Assembly: GCF_006345805.1 (NCBI RefSeq)
Contig: NW_021828134.1
Coordinates: 1 to 8,992, forward strand
Length of the DNA stretch: 8,992 nt
Source of the DNA: Octopus sinensis
Lineage: Eukaryota
Reading direction: 5' to 3'
The notes under the pieces were generated by a model that saw nothing but the letters and a program-made list of their open reading frames with translations, was not told the origin of the DNA and ran no database searches. Positions 7,501 to 8,992 of this stretch are shown piece by piece (within the stretch, counting starts at the first letter, position 1; each line of letters opens with the position of its first letter). The position numbers and the translations under genes are program-made.

Positions 7501-7567
7501 TAACATATATATACTATACAAAGATTATATATATATACTAGCCTGACCCGTGGATATCTCCCGTAAT
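7501..7567. repeat. copy 1 of a ~70-bp duplicated unit (AT-rich tract + CTAG + degenerate hairpin); possible minus-strand Helitron 3' end
   Basis: TAACATATAT..ACTATACAAAGATTATATAT..ACTAGC..GAC.CGTG.ATATCTC.CGTAAT recurs at 8602-8674. Confidence 0.7.
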
Positions 7568-7709
7568 TAATGGTAAACTTATTGCATTATTTGTGAAAAC
7601 CTTATCCCAAAGACCTGGAAGTGTAACCTATGTTATGTCTGTATGGAAAGATAGTCGCTCATTTGCTACTCATTGGAAAGTGAAAGATATTGGAATACAA
7701 TGATTATTT

Positions 7710-8040
7710 GATGCACTGGCTCAGTGGTTAGAGCGTCGAGCTTACGATCGTGAGGTTGTGAGCTCGAATCCCGGACCGGGCTGCGTGTTGTGTTCTTGAG
7801 CAAGGCACTTTATTTCACGTTGCTCCAGTTCACTCAGCTGTAGAAATGAGCTGCGACGTCACTGGTGCCAAGCTGTATCGACCTTTGTCTTTCCCTTGGA
7901 TAACACTGGTGGCGTGGAGAGGGGAGGCTGGTATGCACGGGCGACTGCTGGTCTTCCATAAACAACCTTGCCCGGACTTGTGTCTAGAGGGTAACTTTCT
8001 AGGTTGCAATCCCATGGTCATTCATGACCGAAGGGGGTCT
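7710..8040 (+). mobile_element. tRNA-derived CORE-type SINE, family C, copy 1
   Basis: A-box TGGCTCAGTGG (7717-7727) and B-box variant GAGCTCGAATCCC (7760-7772). Segment 7787-7850 resembles the MIR/CORE domain. 3' stem-loop GGTCA-TTCA-TGACC (8016-8029). Repeated at 8075-8418. Confidence 0.9.
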
Positions 8041-8074
8041 CGGAGATATATATATATATAGATAGATATGTGAA

Positions 8075-8418
8075 GGCGCGTGGCTCAGTGGTTAGAGCGT
8101 CGAGCTTACGATCGTGAGGTTGTGAGCTCCAATCCCGGACAGACCTGCGTGTTGTGTTCTTGAGCAAGGCACTTTATTTCACGTTGCTCCAGTTCACTCA
8201 GCTGTAGAAATGAGCTGCGACGTCACAGGTGTCAAGATGTATCGGCCCCTTTGCCTTTCCCTTGGATAAAACTAGTGTCGTGGAGAGGGGAGGCTGGTAT
8301 GCACGGGCGACTGCTGGTCTTCCATAAACAACCTTGCCCGGACTTGTGTCTAGGAGGGTAACTTTCTAGGTGCAATCCCATGGTCATTCATGACCGAGGG
8401 GGATCTTTACCCTTACTT
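8075..8418 (+). mobile_element. tRNA-derived CORE-type SINE, family C, copy 2
   Basis: Head GGCGCGTGGCTCAGTGG, collinear with copy 1, same 3' stem-loop, tail TCTTTACCCTTACTTTA. Confidence 0.92.
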
Positions 8419-8601
8419 TATATACTTTATGCACAATTTTATAGACTTGATATACAGCACTCAAACAATTATTCACCCTTATTTTTCCCATAAACAAAAA
8501 ATATCCCGTACATATGATACAATCTTTAGTTAAATTGCGCGCGTGTATATTATATATATTTTTCTAGTTTCAGCTCAGATCTACGGCCATGCTGATGCAT
8601 G

Positions 8602-8674
8602 TAACATATATATATACTATACAAAGATTATATATATATATATACTAGCGGGACGCGTGAATATCTCGCGTAAT
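8602..8674. repeat. copy 2 of the ~70-bp duplicated unit; possible minus-strand Helitron 3' end
   Basis: CTAG at 8645-8648. Hairpin ACGCGTGA-ATA-TCTCGCGT (8653-8671) pairs at 7 of 8 positions. The upstream AT tract is shared with 7501-7541. Confidence 0.7.
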
Positions 8675-8768
8675 ATACTGTTATTTCTAAGAGCCTCCTC
8701 TAATATGTGGCACTTGGTGAAGAATGGAGTTTTATATAGCTACCCTCATTTGCACCTCTTGTATGTAT

Positions 8769-8850
8769 CACACACACAATACACACCGCACACATATATA
8801 TATATTGTATATATATATATATACATACATACGTACATATATATATATAT

Positions 8851-8881
<31 letters not shown>

Positions 8882-8916
8882 ACATACGTATATATATATA
8901 TATATATATATATATA
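8769..8916. repeat. (CA)n/(TA)n compound microsatellite
   Basis: Visible repeats. Confidence 0.96.
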
Positions 8917-8992
8917 AGCGAGAAAGAAGCAACAAGAATGGATAGGTTTTTAGTACAATCGTTTCATACAAGGACAGGCTTTATTAAAAGTT

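Noticed and set aside
1-8992. CRISPR array, prokaryotic operon or a new multi-gene system
   Set aside because: There are no regularly spaced repeats with unique spacers, no dense coding and no intact enzyme gene. All long repeats are explained by eukaryotic SINEs and microsatellites.

Overview
Repeat-dense, AT-rich eukaryotic non-coding DNA. It is probably from an octopus or another coleoid cephalopod; this is inferred from the long (TACA)n/(CA)n/(TA)n tracts and tRNA-headed SINEs resembling my recollection of octopus repeats, not from a search. I find no intact protein-coding gene, true tRNA/rRNA gene or CRISPR array. Most of the window is explained by mobile DNA: three tRNA-derived SINE families (labelled A, B and C here; 3, 5 and 2 copies or fragments), a 5'-truncated RTE-type LINE with an 11-bp target-site duplication (TSD), a TTAA-flanked piggyBac-like MITE, a non-autonomous Helitron and microsatellites. 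The most informative structure is a nested cluster at ~1198-4440. Removing five insertions rejoins one host sequence with a repeated 5' motif and a decayed ORF1/gag-like frame. Two features remain unexplained: a perfect 12-bp hairpin with neighbouring inverted repeats (6517-6642) and a duplicated ~70-bp CTAG+hairpin unit (7501/8602). The sequence does not support a claim of a new biological system; the findings are leads on transposon biology.
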